DNA from: a bacterium
GTDB lineage: Bacteria > Patescibacteriota > Minisyncoccia > Minisyncoccales > CG1-02-41-26
NCBI GenBank assembly: GCA_030603395.1
Contig: JAUVXX010000002.1
Location: forward strand, 79,807 to 143,806
Length of the DNA: 64,000 bases
Direction: 5' to 3'
Shown here: positions 15,571-23,780 of the stretch, piece by piece
Position numbering within the stretch: the first letter of the stretch is position 1
Layout of the letters: each line of letters opens with the position of its first letter
The notes under the pieces: generated by a model
Told to the model about the DNA's origin: nothing
What the model saw: only the letters and a program-made list of their open reading frames with translations
Databases searched by the model: none
Position numbers and translations under genes: made by a program

Positions 15571-15916
15571 AGTCCAAGCAGGCAATAAGCCGAATTCTGT
15601 CGAGGACAATCATTTGTCTGGGCCAAAGATTACTCCCTGGCTCTAGCGAGCTACTTTTCCAAAAGCTTCATGATAATCCACGAAACCTTTGATTTGCTCT
15701 TGCGCCCGATAAGGATTTAGCCGTTTCACTCCCCGATTACTCGAGGACTACCCCGTCATACGACGGGGTGCTCGGCCTTTCGGCCCAGCACGTCACTGTT
15801 CGCACCTCTACCATTACTGGCGACGGCTGTTAGCCGCTATCTTTTTTTATGGGTGTTCGGACTTTCCTCCCTTCACCATAAATGATGAAGAGCGATTGCC
15901 TCGCCTACTTGGACTC
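15571..15916 (-). ncRNA. rnpB: RNase P RNA (bacterial type A-like)
   Basis: The minus strand reads AGTCCAAGTAGGCGAGGCAATCGC...GGGAGGAAAGTCCGAACACC (CR-I) ...GGGAGTGAAACGGCT... CCAGACAAATGATTGTCCTCGACAGAATTCGGCTTATTGCCTGCTTGGACT (CR-IV/CR-V, ACAGAAnnCGGCTTA). The P1 helix pairs GTCCAAGTAGGC with GCCTGCTTGGAC. The end coordinates are +/- a few nt. Confidence 0.85.
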
Positions 15917-15920
15917 TTCC

Positions 15921-15949
15921 ATAATAGCAAAAAAATACTCCCCTGTCAA
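15921..15949 (-). promoter_or_regulatory. near-consensus sigma70-type promoter of rnpB (-35 TTGACA, 17-nt spacer, -10 TATTAT)
   Basis: The minus strand reads TTGACAggggagtatttttttgcTATTATggaagAGTCCAAG. The -10 box ends 5 nt before the P1 5' strand. Confidence 0.6.
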
Positions 15950-15969
15950 ACAGAGGTCTGTCCTCTGTT
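15949..15969 (-). terminator. hairpin AACAGAGG-acaga-CCTCTGTT after rnhA (copy 2 of the 11475-11495 hairpin)
   Basis: A 7-8-bp GC-containing stem lies 3 nt after the rnhA stop and is followed by TTTG on the minus strand. It overlaps the rnpB -35 box. Confidence 0.55.
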
Positions 15970-15971
15970 AG

Positions 15972-16409
15972 TTAGAGGAGTTTTTGAGAACGGGATTCTC
16001 CGTCAAGAACTTCGTTAACTAACTGGTCAGCCAGTTTATTTTGAGTTCTGGCAATCAAACTGAACTTTAAGTTTTTGAAATCTATCTTTAGATTCCACGC
16101 TTTCAAAAAGAGGTTTTGAATTTTGGGCTCTTTTATTTTGTACTCGCCCCTCATTTGTTTAATTAAAAGCTCTGAATCAGATTTTATCTCTATGGGTATC
16201 TTTTTTATCTTCTCTTTACCTAAAAGAGCCTTGGCTTTTTTAAGGGCAAAAATTAACCCCTGGTATTCTGCCTCATTATTGGTGGCTTCCCCAAGATATT
16301 GAGAATATTCCTTAAAAACCTTCTCTTCTCTGAAGAAAATCACCGCAAAAGCAGCCGGACCCGGGTTATCGCGAGAGCCGCCGTCAATGTAGATTATAAT
16401 TTTGGACAT
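15972..16409 (-). CDS. rnhA: ribonuclease HI
   Basis: IIIYIDGGSRDNPGPAA...TNNEAEYQGLIFALKKA...SDSELLIKQM...NKLADQLVN supplies the DEDD catalytic residues of type 1 RNase H. The ORF-track start at 16427 is a TTG; the ATG is at 16407-16409 (MSKIIIY). Confidence 0.8.
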   Translation of the reverse strand: MSKIIIYIDGGSRDNPGPAAFAVIFFREEKVFKEYSQYLGEATNNEAEYQGLIFALKKAKALLGKEKIKKIPIEIKSDSELLIKQMRGEYKIKEPKIQNLFLKAWNLKIDFKNLKFSLIARTQNKLADQLVNEVLDGESRSQKLL

Positions 16410-16413
16410 TGTA

Positions 16414-17562
16414 TTATAATTTCTCAAAATATCCGGTGAGGCATTGCTTCAGTTTCTCTAAGTTTTCGTTTTTGACAGTGAAGCCAGAAGCAGGAGAATG
16501 ACCACCGTAAACCTCAAGTAAAGAGTGACAATGCTTAAGCGCCTCAAGACTGTTGACTCCTTTGGGCGTCCTGACCGAACCCCTGCTTAATACTTGGTTG
16601 CTGTTGAAAATGAAGGTTGGTTTTTTAAATTTGTTTTTAATCCTTGAAGCCAAAGAACCGGTCGAGGAATGAGGAATCTCAGCACTACCTTCAAAAACAA
16701 TAGAAGAGGGAGAAAGGGCAATTTTTTGGGAAATCTCCTCGGTTAAGGCTGCGATAATTTGACGCCTTTGGGTGTTTTTTTCAAGGAGAACCTCTAAGAG
16801 TCGGCCAGCCTCTCTTTCGTCCTGGATGCTCAATAAAAGATAGCTTTCGGTCAGGTGTTCTTCAAACTCAGTTATTTGTAAAACGGAAATGATTTTGGCA
16901 GCTAATTCTCTGGGAGACAAGTTTTGCTCGTCAAAAGATTTTAGGAAGACCCGGAGACCCGGCCGAAAAGTAGAAGACAGAGAGCTTAAGCCATCTTCAA
17001 TTAAAATCTGGTTGTCCTCAATTTGGGGCATCATATCAGCCAGAGTTGCCAAGGCCACCAATTCCAAAAAACTCTGCCTGAGCTGGCTGGAAATTTTGTC
17101 TCCTAAAAGAAGTTCAGTGAGCTTGAAGATCAAACCGCAGGCGGCGAAAAATTTAAAGGGGTATTTATCGCCTTTTTGTTTGGGGTCAACCACGATAGAG
17201 GCTTGGGGGATTCCGTTTAATATCTCGTGGTGGTCAATAATAATGACTTCAAAACCGAGCTTTTTTGCCTGCTTGACCTCCTTGAAGTTCCCTATGCCGC
17301 AGTCCATTAAAATCAGCAAGGCTGGAGCATATTTGCTGATAAACTTTAAGGCACCCTCATTCAAGCCATAGCCCTCAACTCCTCGCTCGGGAAAATAAAG
17401 AGAGGGTTCGGCCCCCAAGCTCTTAATGGCTTCTTCTAAAATTAAAAGGGACACAGTGCCGTCAAGGTCTGCATCACCATAAAGAACGATATTTTCTTTC
17501 CCCTTGATTGCTTTTTTAATCCTTTGGGCAGCTTTTTTAAGATTTTTAATTTCCGTTTTCAT
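16414..17562 (-). CDS. DHH/DHHA1 family phosphoesterase (NrnA / RecJ-like)
   Basis: Contains the DHH motifs YGDADLDGTVS, LILMDCG and IIIDHHE, plus the DHHA1 motif YGGHSPASGF. Confidence 0.7.
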   Translation of the reverse strand: MKTEIKNLKKAAQRIKKAIKGKENIVLYGDADLDGTVSLLILEEAIKSLGAEPSLYFPERGVEGYGLNEGALKFISKYAPALLILMDCGIGNFKEVKQAKKLGFEVIIIDHHEILNGIPQASIVVDPKQKGDKYPFKFFAACGLIFKLTELLLGDKISSQLRQSFLELVALATLADMMPQIEDNQILIEDGLSSLSSTFRPGLRVFLKSFDEQNLSPRELAAKIISVLQITEFEEHLTESYLLLSIQDEREAGRLLEVLLEKNTQRRQIIAALTEEISQKIALSPSSIVFEGSAEIPHSSTGSLASRIKNKFKKPTFIFNSNQVLSRGSVRTPKGVNSLEALKHCHSLLEVYGGHSPASGFTVKNENLEKLKQCLTGYFEKL

Positions 17563-18737
17563 TTCAGGGCTTCTATTCCTGGCAATAATTCTCCCGCCAA
17601 GAAAGCTAACATGGCGCTTCCTCCAGTTGAAACATGAGAAAATTTATCTCTTAAATCAAATTTTTTCACCAAGGAAACGGTATCCCCTCCTCCGACCAAG
17701 CTGAAGGCCTGATGATTCCTGGTGATAGCTCGAGCCACCTCTTCGGTGCCTCTTCTGAAGTTTTCGTTCTCAGCCATTCCCAGAGCACCCGACCAGACAA
17801 TAGTTTTTCCTTCTTTGATGATATTAATGAAATTTCTAATGGTTTCGGGACCGATATCAAAAATTGACTCTTCCTTTCTAATATTCCCTGGGCCGGTCTG
17901 TCTGGTATAGATTTCTCCGGTTTCATCAGGAGAAACAATAACGTCAACTGGCAAGTGGAACTTGGGGTCGGTTAGACTCATTTTGCTAATCTTTTGGACG
18001 ACATCCTCTGCGGGCCAGGGTCTGCCAATACAGATTCCTTTGACTCTTAAAATGACGTTGGCAATCTTGCCGCCGAAAAGCAGATGGTCAGCTTTTCCAA
18101 GGAATTCTTCAATCACCTCAATTTTAGAAGAAATTTTAATTCCACCAATTATCACCACCAAAGGCTTCTCGGGATTCTCTTTGACCCTGGCGAGAGCCTC
18201 AATTTCTTCCTTGAGTGAAAATCCTGCAAAATGGGGCAGGAGTTTGGGCAGGGTCACCACCGAGGCATGACGACGGTGGAAAACACCAAAAGCTTCCCCC
18301 ACATAAACGTCAGCCAACTTGGCCAGCTCTCTGGCAAAATTTTCATCATTTTTTTCCTCACCTTTTTCAAATCTTAAATTTTCCAGGAGTAAAATTTGTC
18401 CCGGCTTTAGTTTTTTTATTTCCTTTTTGGGCTTACTACCCAAGACATCTTTGGAAAATCTAATTTTCTCTCCCAATAGTCTTTCCAATCTTTCTTTGAC
18501 CGGTCTCAAGGAATAGCGTTTTAACCTTTCTTTTTTCTGCTTTATCTCTTGGGGCCAGCCCAAATGACTGGATAAAATTATTTTCGCTCCACTATCTCTC
18601 AAATGCCTGATGGTCTGAAGAGTTTTCTGAATCTTAAAATCATCCAAAACTTTGCCTTCCCCTATGGGCACGTTAAAGTCACAGCGCACAAAAACTCGTT
18701 TTCCTTGAAAATTAAAATCTTTGAGAGTCTTTAACAT
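17559..18737 (-). CDS. pgk: phosphoglycerate kinase
   Basis: 392 aa. It has KRVFVRCDFNVP, SHLGWP (for SHLGRP), a conserved helix, and a C-terminal STGGSAMLAFLAG. Confidence 0.95.
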   Translation of the reverse strand: MLKTLKDFNFQGKRVFVRCDFNVPIGEGKVLDDFKIQKTLQTIRHLRDSGAKIILSSHLGWPQEIKQKKERLKRYSLRPVKERLERLLGEKIRFSKDVLGSKPKKEIKKLKPGQILLLENLRFEKGEEKNDENFARELAKLADVYVGEAFGVFHRRHASVVTLPKLLPHFAGFSLKEEIEALARVKENPEKPLVVIIGGIKISSKIEVIEEFLGKADHLLFGGKIANVILRVKGICIGRPWPAEDVVQKISKMSLTDPKFHLPVDVIVSPDETGEIYTRQTGPGNIRKEESIFDIGPETIRNFINIIKEGKTIVWSGALGMAENENFRRGTEEVARAITRNHQAFSLVGGGDTVSLVKKFDLRDKFSHVSTGGSAMLAFLAGELLPGIEALK

Positions 18738-18743
18738 AAATTT

Positions 18744-20462
18744 CTAAAATTTAATTGTCTCTCCGGGCTCTATCTTTCCTCTCTTGCTGGTTTTTGATTC
18801 TCCCTCCCTGTCTATATCCTCCAATGATTCTTTCAAGACCTTTTTTAATTCCTCCTTCTCTACCCCCTTTCTCTCTTTTTTACCCGACGGAGCTTCAGCG
18901 GATAAAGAGGCGGGTGGCTCTTTTTTACCAGAAAAAGTAGTTGGTCGGCGCAATATAAGGTCTTCCAAAGAAACAGTGGCAATCTCCTCTTCCTCCTTGT
19001 TTTCAGAAGAGTGTTCATCTCTCTTCCTAGACTCGTTCTCGGGGTGTCCTTGAGTATTTTTTTTAAAACAGACCTTGCAGTAAACGGGGCGGCGGATATC
19101 CGGCTTAAAGGGAACTTTTGTCCACTTGCCACACTTTTGGCATTTGGCATCAAAGAGCTCTATCTCAGAAACCCGAGGTTTTTCCTGCAAAACATAATTG
19201 CCAGTCCAGCGAGCGATTTTTTCTTCAACGATTTGGCGCGAAGTAGTGTATTTCTCTCTGGAAAAGGTGATAATTTTTTCGCTTTGGCTCTTCTCAGTCC
19301 TTTCAAAGGGAGGAAGGGTTTGGGCAGAGAAGGGTCTGCCGGCAACCCCATCTACCATTAATTTTAAATAAATCTGATATTTTGGCAAATTGACCAAATC
19401 CTGGGCATAAAATTCCGGGGAGAATTCTTTTTCCAGATATTCAGCGTCCTCAGCGCCCACCCGAAAAGAAACCAGGGTGCCGATGTTACCAAAAACAGCG
19501 TCTCTGACCGGCTCTTCCATCTGGGTAATATACTGGTGAGCCAAAATCAGACACAACCTGTATTTTCTGGCTTCAGATAAAATATTGACGAAACTCTCGG
19601 TGGCGAAATTCTGGAATTCATCAACATACAAAAAGAAGTCTTTTCGCTGTGACTCAGGGACATCCACCCTTGACATAGCTGCTAACTGAATTTTAGTTAT
19701 CAAAAGTCCTCCCAGGAGTTTTGAGGTATTCTCCCCTATTCTCCCCTTGGATAAGTTCAAAATCAAAATCTTTCCCTCATCCATGACCTTCCTCATATCA
19801 ACCGAGGAGGTGGTTTGCCCGATAATGTTTCTAATCAGGGGAGCGGAAATAAACTGCCCCACCTTATTCTGAATGGCCGCCGTTGCCTCTGACTCTAATC
19901 TTTGGGTATACCTGGCAAATTCCTGAATCCAAAATGCCTTGATGACCGGGTCGGTAATTTTGTCCACCACTTTTTTCCGATAGTCGGGGTCAGCCAACAT
20001 CCGATTAATTCCCAATAAGGTTGAGCCGGGGTATTCCAAAAGCGCCAGGATGGAATTATTCAAGATATACTCCATGCGGGCAGACCAAACATCAGGCCAG
20101 ATTTTCTTAAAAACCCCCATCAAGCCAGAAGCCACCAGATGACGTTGAGTCATTTCAACTTCCTCCATGACGTTGAAACTAATGGGGAAATCCGAATCAG
20201 CCGGGTTGAAATAGACCACATCCTTAACTCGGTTTTTGGGGATAAAATCTAAAAGTTCTTCAGCCGCTTCTCCGTGGGGGTCAACAAAGCCGACTCCCTT
20301 GCCGTCTCTGATGTCCTGGATAGCCATGTTTTTTAAAAGTTCGGTTTTGCCCATGCCGGTTTTTCCCACCAGGTAAAGATGCCTGCGTCTGTCGTCAAGC
20401 TTAATGCCGAATTTTTTTCTCTCATTACGGAAGGTGGTGTTGGCAAAAAAATTGGTCTCCAT
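18744..20462 (-). CDS. TraD/VirD4 (type IV coupling protein)-like P-loop ATPase with C-terminal CxxC...CxxC zinc ribbon and acidic/Lys-rich tail
   Basis: Walker A is VGKTGMGKTELL and the Walker B-like segment is FFLYVDEFQNF. ARKYRLCLILAHQY is typical of the TrwB/TraD/FtsK-HerA clade. A C-terminal CQKCGKWTKVPFKPDIRRPVYCKVCFKK follows. Confidence 0.65.
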   Translation of the reverse strand: METNFFANTTFRNERKKFGIKLDDRRRHLYLVGKTGMGKTELLKNMAIQDIRDGKGVGFVDPHGEAAEELLDFIPKNRVKDVVYFNPADSDFPISFNVMEEVEMTQRHLVASGLMGVFKKIWPDVWSARMEYILNNSILALLEYPGSTLLGINRMLADPDYRKKVVDKITDPVIKAFWIQEFARYTQRLESEATAAIQNKVGQFISAPLIRNIIGQTTSSVDMRKVMDEGKILILNLSKGRIGENTSKLLGGLLITKIQLAAMSRVDVPESQRKDFFLYVDEFQNFATESFVNILSEARKYRLCLILAHQYITQMEEPVRDAVFGNIGTLVSFRVGAEDAEYLEKEFSPEFYAQDLVNLPKYQIYLKLMVDGVAGRPFSAQTLPPFERTEKSQSEKIITFSREKYTTSRQIVEEKIARWTGNYVLQEKPRVSEIELFDAKCQKCGKWTKVPFKPDIRRPVYCKVCFKKNTQGHPENESRKRDEHSSENKEEEEIATVSLEDLILRRPTTFSGKKEPPASLSAEAPSGKKERKGVEKEELKKVLKESLEDIDREGESKTSKRGKIEPGETIKF

Positions 20463-20467
20463 AAAAA

Positions 20468-20480
20468 GATATTTCGATAT
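20468..20480 (-). promoter_or_regulatory. 13-mer GATATTTCGATAT (second copy) in the 24-nt spacer upstream of the TraD-like ATPase ATG
   Basis: Identical to 10398-10410. On the coding strand, ATATCGAAATATC ends 5 nt before the ATG at 20462. Confidence 0.5.
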
Positions 20481-20486
20481 GTCCTT

Positions 20487-21782
20487 CTATTCCGTGGGAA
20501 TAGGAGGTGGGCCGCCTTTTTTAGCTCCAATGCGGGGCACTCCCGGGGCGGGAGCCGCCAGTCTGCCCGGGAAATGAAATAAAGTGGCTAATTCTTCAAT
20601 ATTTAAAATGAATCTTCCGTTCTGGCTGGGATAAGGGGGATCTCTGGGATATAAGGGAGGAACCCTCTTAATATATTTTCGGAGTGTTCTTCTGCTTCTT
20701 AGATAAACCCTTCTCTTGGGCAAGAACCATTCCACCCTGGGAAAGGTTTTTTTCCAGGGTTTCAAACCATTAAGATTTTCAGTGGAAATTCCCTTAAAAA
20801 AACCGAAGGCAATTCGAGCCTTTGGCTTAAAAAAGACGTCTCTCTTGGCAAGATAAATACAGCGGACATTCGTGTAGTAACCGACCATGGCAATTTTATC
20901 CTCAATCCCCTTGACAATGTCCCGTTCTCCCGGAGTCAAACGCATTTCCGGGGGAATGATCGGCGCTTCCTTTTCTTCTTCCTCATAGGGTGCTTTGCCG
21001 CTGATTAAAACTCGGGCTGCCTCCCCCACCATTGATTTGGGTTTGGGTTCATCGGGTCTTTTAACAAGTTTAGCAACGATTTTTTTTCCCTCTTTTGCCC
21101 AGGGAATTTCTTCCCTGACCGGCATAATTCTAAACTGAACCCAGAGTTGCTCCCCTGCTTTTAAAATAGTCATTCCTTCAAGCAGTCCTGCCAGCGGGGT
21201 AATTCTTTTTTCCTCCGGGGTTAAGGGCATTTCTTCAAAGGCTCTGTAGGTCCTGATGGGATAGGGACTCTTATTAGAATTAATCATGTCCCAACCAAAA
21301 ACGTTCCATTCCTTGTTGGGAATATTCTGGGGAACGTTCTTGGCATAGTCTTCGACCTGAGATATTTCAGCTTCGGGAAATTGAGCGTAGATGTTTGACT
21401 CAATAATTTCTCGAAATGGCTCGGGCGTTCTTATGAAGAAGTGGACTTCCCCTCCGATACTGACAATCTCCAAGCTTAGGGAAAGCTGAAATTGCCCCTC
21501 AAACCATTTTTGTCTCCAGGTGATAATATCGTGTATCCCATGGAAACCGGCAAAAACCTGCTCCATGGATTGGATAAGCCGGGGGACTTCTTCGGGAATT
21601 TTGATTTCCAGTATTATCTTTTTAATGGTGTCGTCCCACTTTCCCTGGACATACCAGAGATAGTGGAATTTAAGAAAGGGAAAAAGAATGATGGGTAAAA
21701 GAACCCACCACCAAACTTTGAGGACCTGCCAAAAGATATTTAAGATTAAAACTATTGGTTCAAATGGAAAGAAATCAGACAT
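20487..21782 (-). CDS. hypothetical membrane protein (two N-terminal TM helices), partner of the TraD-like ATPase
   Basis: 431 aa with an N-terminal IVLILNIFWQVLKVWWWVLLPIILFPFL. The large soluble domain ends in LNIEELATLFHFPG and a Pro/Gly tail. I recognise no motif. It lies 24 nt upstream of the ATPase. Confidence 0.5.
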   Translation of the reverse strand: MSDFFPFEPIVLILNIFWQVLKVWWWVLLPIILFPFLKFHYLWYVQGKWDDTIKKIILEIKIPEEVPRLIQSMEQVFAGFHGIHDIITWRQKWFEGQFQLSLSLEIVSIGGEVHFFIRTPEPFREIIESNIYAQFPEAEISQVEDYAKNVPQNIPNKEWNVFGWDMINSNKSPYPIRTYRAFEEMPLTPEEKRITPLAGLLEGMTILKAGEQLWVQFRIMPVREEIPWAKEGKKIVAKLVKRPDEPKPKSMVGEAARVLISGKAPYEEEEKEAPIIPPEMRLTPGERDIVKGIEDKIAMVGYYTNVRCIYLAKRDVFFKPKARIAFGFFKGISTENLNGLKPWKKTFPRVEWFLPKRRVYLRSRRTLRKYIKRVPPLYPRDPPYPSQNGRFILNIEELATLFHFPGRLAAPAPGVPRIGAKKGGPPPIPTE

Positions 21783-21802
21783 TAAAAATTAAGGCCTTAA
21801 AA

Positions 21803-22828
21803 TCAGGCCTTTTTTAGGATGTACTTTCCTTCTTTGTTTTTCAAAAAGTAATTTTTATCAGTTAAATTCAAGAGGATGGTATTTTCTTTAACCAATCTTT
21901 GCTCAAGAACTCTTTTTAAAATTTCTTCCTGAGAAAGGGGCTTGACTTTCTCTCCTAAGATTTTTTTGATAACGTCTTTGACGGTGCCTGTTTCATAGCC
22001 CCACTCCCGTAAAGCATAAATCCCCCTGCCCACCAAGACAAATCTTTCATCCCGAATTAATTCATTGTGAACTGTTTGGGGAAGGACCTGGCTTTTTAGA
22101 AAAAACTTCCCGGTAAGATTTCCTGAATCTTCAGCGATTTTTCTGAAATGCAAGGGTTTCCCTGTCTCTTTCAAAACCAAATAAGCTCTGTCTTTTACTC
22201 CCCTTGGCTTGATTTCTGGCCAGACCGTCAAGCCATAATCTCCCATTGGTCCTTTTTCAATTTTCTTGGCAATTTCAAGGGAAGAGAGAGTGACCCGAAA
22301 GGACTCTTTCCCTTTACCGAAAGAAGAGAGGAGCTTCTCCTCTGAAACAGAGACTGCTACTTGTTCTAATTTTTTTAAAAGTTTTGCTAAAATTACTCCG
22401 ACCTCTCGAGAAAGATTTTGGTCAATTGTCCAAAAAGGATAGAAATCTTCGGTCTCTGGATAACGGAAGAAGGCATCTCCCAAATTTAAAAGGAAATGGA
22501 CTTGATTCTGGGAACGCTCTTCCCCCAAATCTGCCAAGAGAATATCTTCTCTCTTTAAGCCCCCTCGATTTTTAAGATGCTCTTTGAAATGAGAGAAAAC
22601 TCTCTTGAGGTCGTCTTCGGCTTTTTGCTCTTCCAATCCAAAGAAGCCGTCATTTTCAATCTGGCGAATTCTCTCCCTGGTTACCCCAAAATCGTGACCA
22701 ATGGCTTCCAGGGTTTCCCTTTTTCCAAAATCTCCCAACCCAAATCTTCTCTCCATAACTTCTTGCTGTCTTTGGGTCAAGGGATTCAAAACCTTCTGAC
22801 AAATTTTTGAGAAATTGAATTGTGGCAT
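21803..22828 (-). CDS. sigma-70 region 4-like HTH protein with C-terminal HARE-HTH/winged-helix-like domains
   Basis: [45 protein letters not shown] is a classic sigma region 4.2 / LuxR-like HTH. Later, [10 protein letters not shown]...[17 protein letters not shown] resembles the HARE-HTH of RpoE-delta-like proteins. Confidence 0.55.
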   Translation of the reverse strand: MPQFNFSKICQKVLNPLTQRQQEVMERRFGLGDFGKRETLEAIGHDFGVTRERIRQIENDGFFGLEEQKAEDDLKRVFSHFKEHLKNRGGLKREDILLADLGEERSQNQVHFLLNLGDAFFRYPETEDFYPFWTIDQNLSREVGVILAKLLKKLEQVAVSVSEEKLLSSFGKGKESFRVTLSSLEIAKKIEKGPMGDYGLTVWPEIKPRGVKDRAYLVLKETGKPLHFRKIAEDSGNLTGKFFLKSQVLPQTVHNELIRDERFVLVGRGIYALREWGYETGTVKDVIKKILGEKVKPLSQEEILKRVLEQRLVKENTILLNLTDKNYFLKNKEGKYILKKA

Positions 22829-22836
22829 GTTGTCCT

Positions 22837-22865
22837 ATTTAAGCATAATGAAAACTAATTGTCAA
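22837..22865 (-). promoter_or_regulatory. candidate promoter (-35 TTGACA, 17 nt, -10 TTAAAT) only 8 nt upstream of the ATG; the transcript may be leaderless
   Basis: The minus strand reads TTGACAattagttttcattatgcTTAAATaggacaacATG. Confidence 0.4.
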
Positions 22866-22868
22866 CTC

Positions 22869-23774
22869 TTATTTCCGGTATCTCCTTTCCTTGAAACGGA
22901 GGAAGCTGACCAGCAGCGGAGTAGCCAAAAACAGCGAGGAATAGGTACCAAGACCAATTCCCAGGATAAGAGCCAAAGAAAAATACTTCAAGGTTTCTCC
23001 CCCGAATAAAAATATGGCAAAAAGGACGAAGAGGGTGGTTAAAGAAGTGTTCAGGGAGCGAGTCAGGGTCTGGTTTAAGCTTCTCTCAACCGTCAAATCA
23101 AAGGTAGGTTCCCGCAACCTCAAAAGATTTTCCCTGACTCTGTCAAAAACTACCACTGAATCGTTGATAGAATAACCGAAAATAGTCAAAAAGGCGGTGA
23201 TAATGGGAATGGTAATTTCTATGCCGTAAAATCTGCCCAAAACCGCAAAAACACCCAGAGGAATTAACACGTCGTGAAAAAGAGCGAGCAGGGAGGTTAA
23301 GCCGTAAACATAAGATTTAACCGGACGGGAAATCCTTCTGAAACTGAAAGCGATATAAAGCAAGATGGCCAGTAAAGCCAAAGAAACGACAATTTTGGTT
23401 TTTTGAGTCAGTTCTCTGCCAATTACCGGCCCGATGGATTGGAAACTTTCCGAACCCTCTTCAACCTCCCCCAATTTTCTAAGCTCTACCAAAATTTTCT
23501 GGTGAGTTTCTTCTGAGATCTCCTTCATTTTCAAGAGCACCCCCCTTTCTCCCAAGGACTGGACGACCACTTCTCCCAGTTCAAGTTCTTTTAAGCTCTC
23601 TCTTATTTCACCGGAAGGCGGTACCTGTTCTTGGTAAGTTAAAGAAAGCAAGCTTCCACCGGTAAAATCAATGCCCAGATTCAACCCAAAAACAAAGATA
23701 CTGACCACAGCGGAGCCGACCAAAGTGACAGAAATTATGTAGAATATTCTGCGATGTTTAATAAATGGAATCAT
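22869..23774 (-). CDS. secF: protein translocase subunit SecF
   Basis: 301 aa. It has LGIDFTGGSLL, six TM helices and GYSINDSVVVFDRVREN. Confidence 0.9.
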   Translation of the reverse strand: MIPFIKHRRIFYIISVTLVGSAVVSIFVFGLNLGIDFTGGSLLSLTYQEQVPPSGEIRESLKELELGEVVVQSLGERGVLLKMKEISEETHQKILVELRKLGEVEEGSESFQSIGPVIGRELTQKTKIVVSLALLAILLYIAFSFRRISRPVKSYVYGLTSLLALFHDVLIPLGVFAVLGRFYGIEITIPIITAFLTIFGYSINDSVVVFDRVRENLLRLREPTFDLTVERSLNQTLTRSLNTSLTTLFVLFAIFLFGGETLKYFSLALILGIGLGTYSSLFLATPLLVSFLRFKERRYRK

Positions 23775-23780
23775 GATTTA

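Noticed and set aside
15559-15609. N-terminal extension of murJ in the ORF track (MSSTEFGLLPAWTFFYT...)
   Set aside because: It overlaps the 3' strand of the RNase P RNA P1 helix and the CR-V region. The in-frame ATG at 15556-15558 gives a normal MurJ N-terminus.
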